Assembly: GCA_027024255.1 (NCBI GenBank)
Contig: JALVSQ010000021.1
Coordinates: 1-39,183, forward strand
Length of the DNA: 39,183 nt
Direction: 5' to 3'
Source: Candidatus Micrarchaeota archaeon
GTDB lineage: Archaea; Micrarchaeota; Micrarchaeia; Anstonellales; J096
This document shows, one piece after another, positions 38,732 through 39,183 of the stretch. Each line of letters opens with the position of its first letter. The stretch's first letter is position 1. The notes under the pieces were generated by a model that was not told the origin of the DNA, searched no databases, and worked only from the letters and a program-made list of their open reading frames with translations. The translations under genes and the position numbers were made by a program.

Positions 38732-38779
38732 CCATTTTTCTGGACAAAAATTTCAATTTTTGTAAATTTTTCTGGACAA
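38732..38779. repeat. 48-bp direct repeat, copy upstream of ATPase TATA box
   Basis: Identical to 37414-37461; CTGGACAA cores 32 bp apart. Confidence 0.96.
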
Positions 38780-38815
38780 ATAAAATAATAAATAAAGAAA
38801 AAAGAGAGTTTAGAT

Positions 38816-39183
38816 TTACTGTCTCTGTAAAGCAGATATGAACTGCTGTGCTGCTGAGACTGTGTCTTCTGCTGTCCAACCTGCAACAACGATCTTGCCA
38901 CCAACTTCCTTGACAACCACTGGGTTCTCTGGACTTAACTCAACATCGCTGCCTTCAAGTGCTGCTGCTGTAACACTGTTTACAGCAGGACCACCGACTG
39001 TTACGACTGTACCTGTGTCTGGAGCCTGTGAATCAAGGACAACTAAGTCACTTACTGTACCTGATGGAACTGCTGCCTGGAATGTTGTGTATGTCTGCGA
39101 ACCATCGCTTATAACTGCTGAAACTCCGCTCATGTCAGCAGTTGTTCCTCCTTCTGCTGATGCAGTGCATGATGCTGTTGCCT
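38816..39183 (-). CDS. S-layer protein, C-terminal part (start lies beyond window)
   Basis: VTVGGPAVNSVT and KIVVAGWTAEDT..AA motifs typical of archaeal S-layer C-termini; A/S/T/V rich; frame is open to the window edge. Confidence 0.8.
   Translation of the reverse strand, partial: ATASCTASAEGGTTADMSGVSAVISDGSQTYTTFQAAVPSGTVSDLVVLDSQAPDTGTVVTVGGPAVNSVTAAALEGSDVELSPENPVVVKEVGGKIVVAGWTAEDTVSAAQQFISALQRQ

Overview
AT-rich archaeal chromosome segment. The gene set and divergence suggest a small-genome, probably DPANN-type (e.g. Micrarchaeota-like) archaeon; this taxonomy is an inference. Housekeeping content: A-type ATP synthase operon (H-I-K-E-C-F-A, A truncated at the left edge), gatD, GINS, pelota, cysS, hisS, rnhB, apt, MTAP, DRG GTPase, signal peptidase, rpoL, thermosome, three intron-less tRNAs without encoded CCA (Asn, Arg, Gln), three glycosyltransferases and the 3' end of an S-layer gene. 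The main non-standard signal involves four stand-alone P-loop ATPase genes (three COG1373/AAA_14-type, one AAA+/wHTH). Each has its own gene-specific DNA repeat made of motifs 31-33 bp apart, placed just upstream of the TATA box. In two cases a 48-56 bp copy of the repeat also starts at the stop codon, so the gene sits between direct repeats like a one-gene cassette. Also present: a three-member HEAT-repeat paralog family with a recent duplication that brackets a glycosyltransferase block, a divergent beta-carbonic-anhydrase-like protein, a PP2C-like pseudophosphatase and a duplicated tRNA-Arg 3' end. All calls come from reading motifs by eye; no searches were run.
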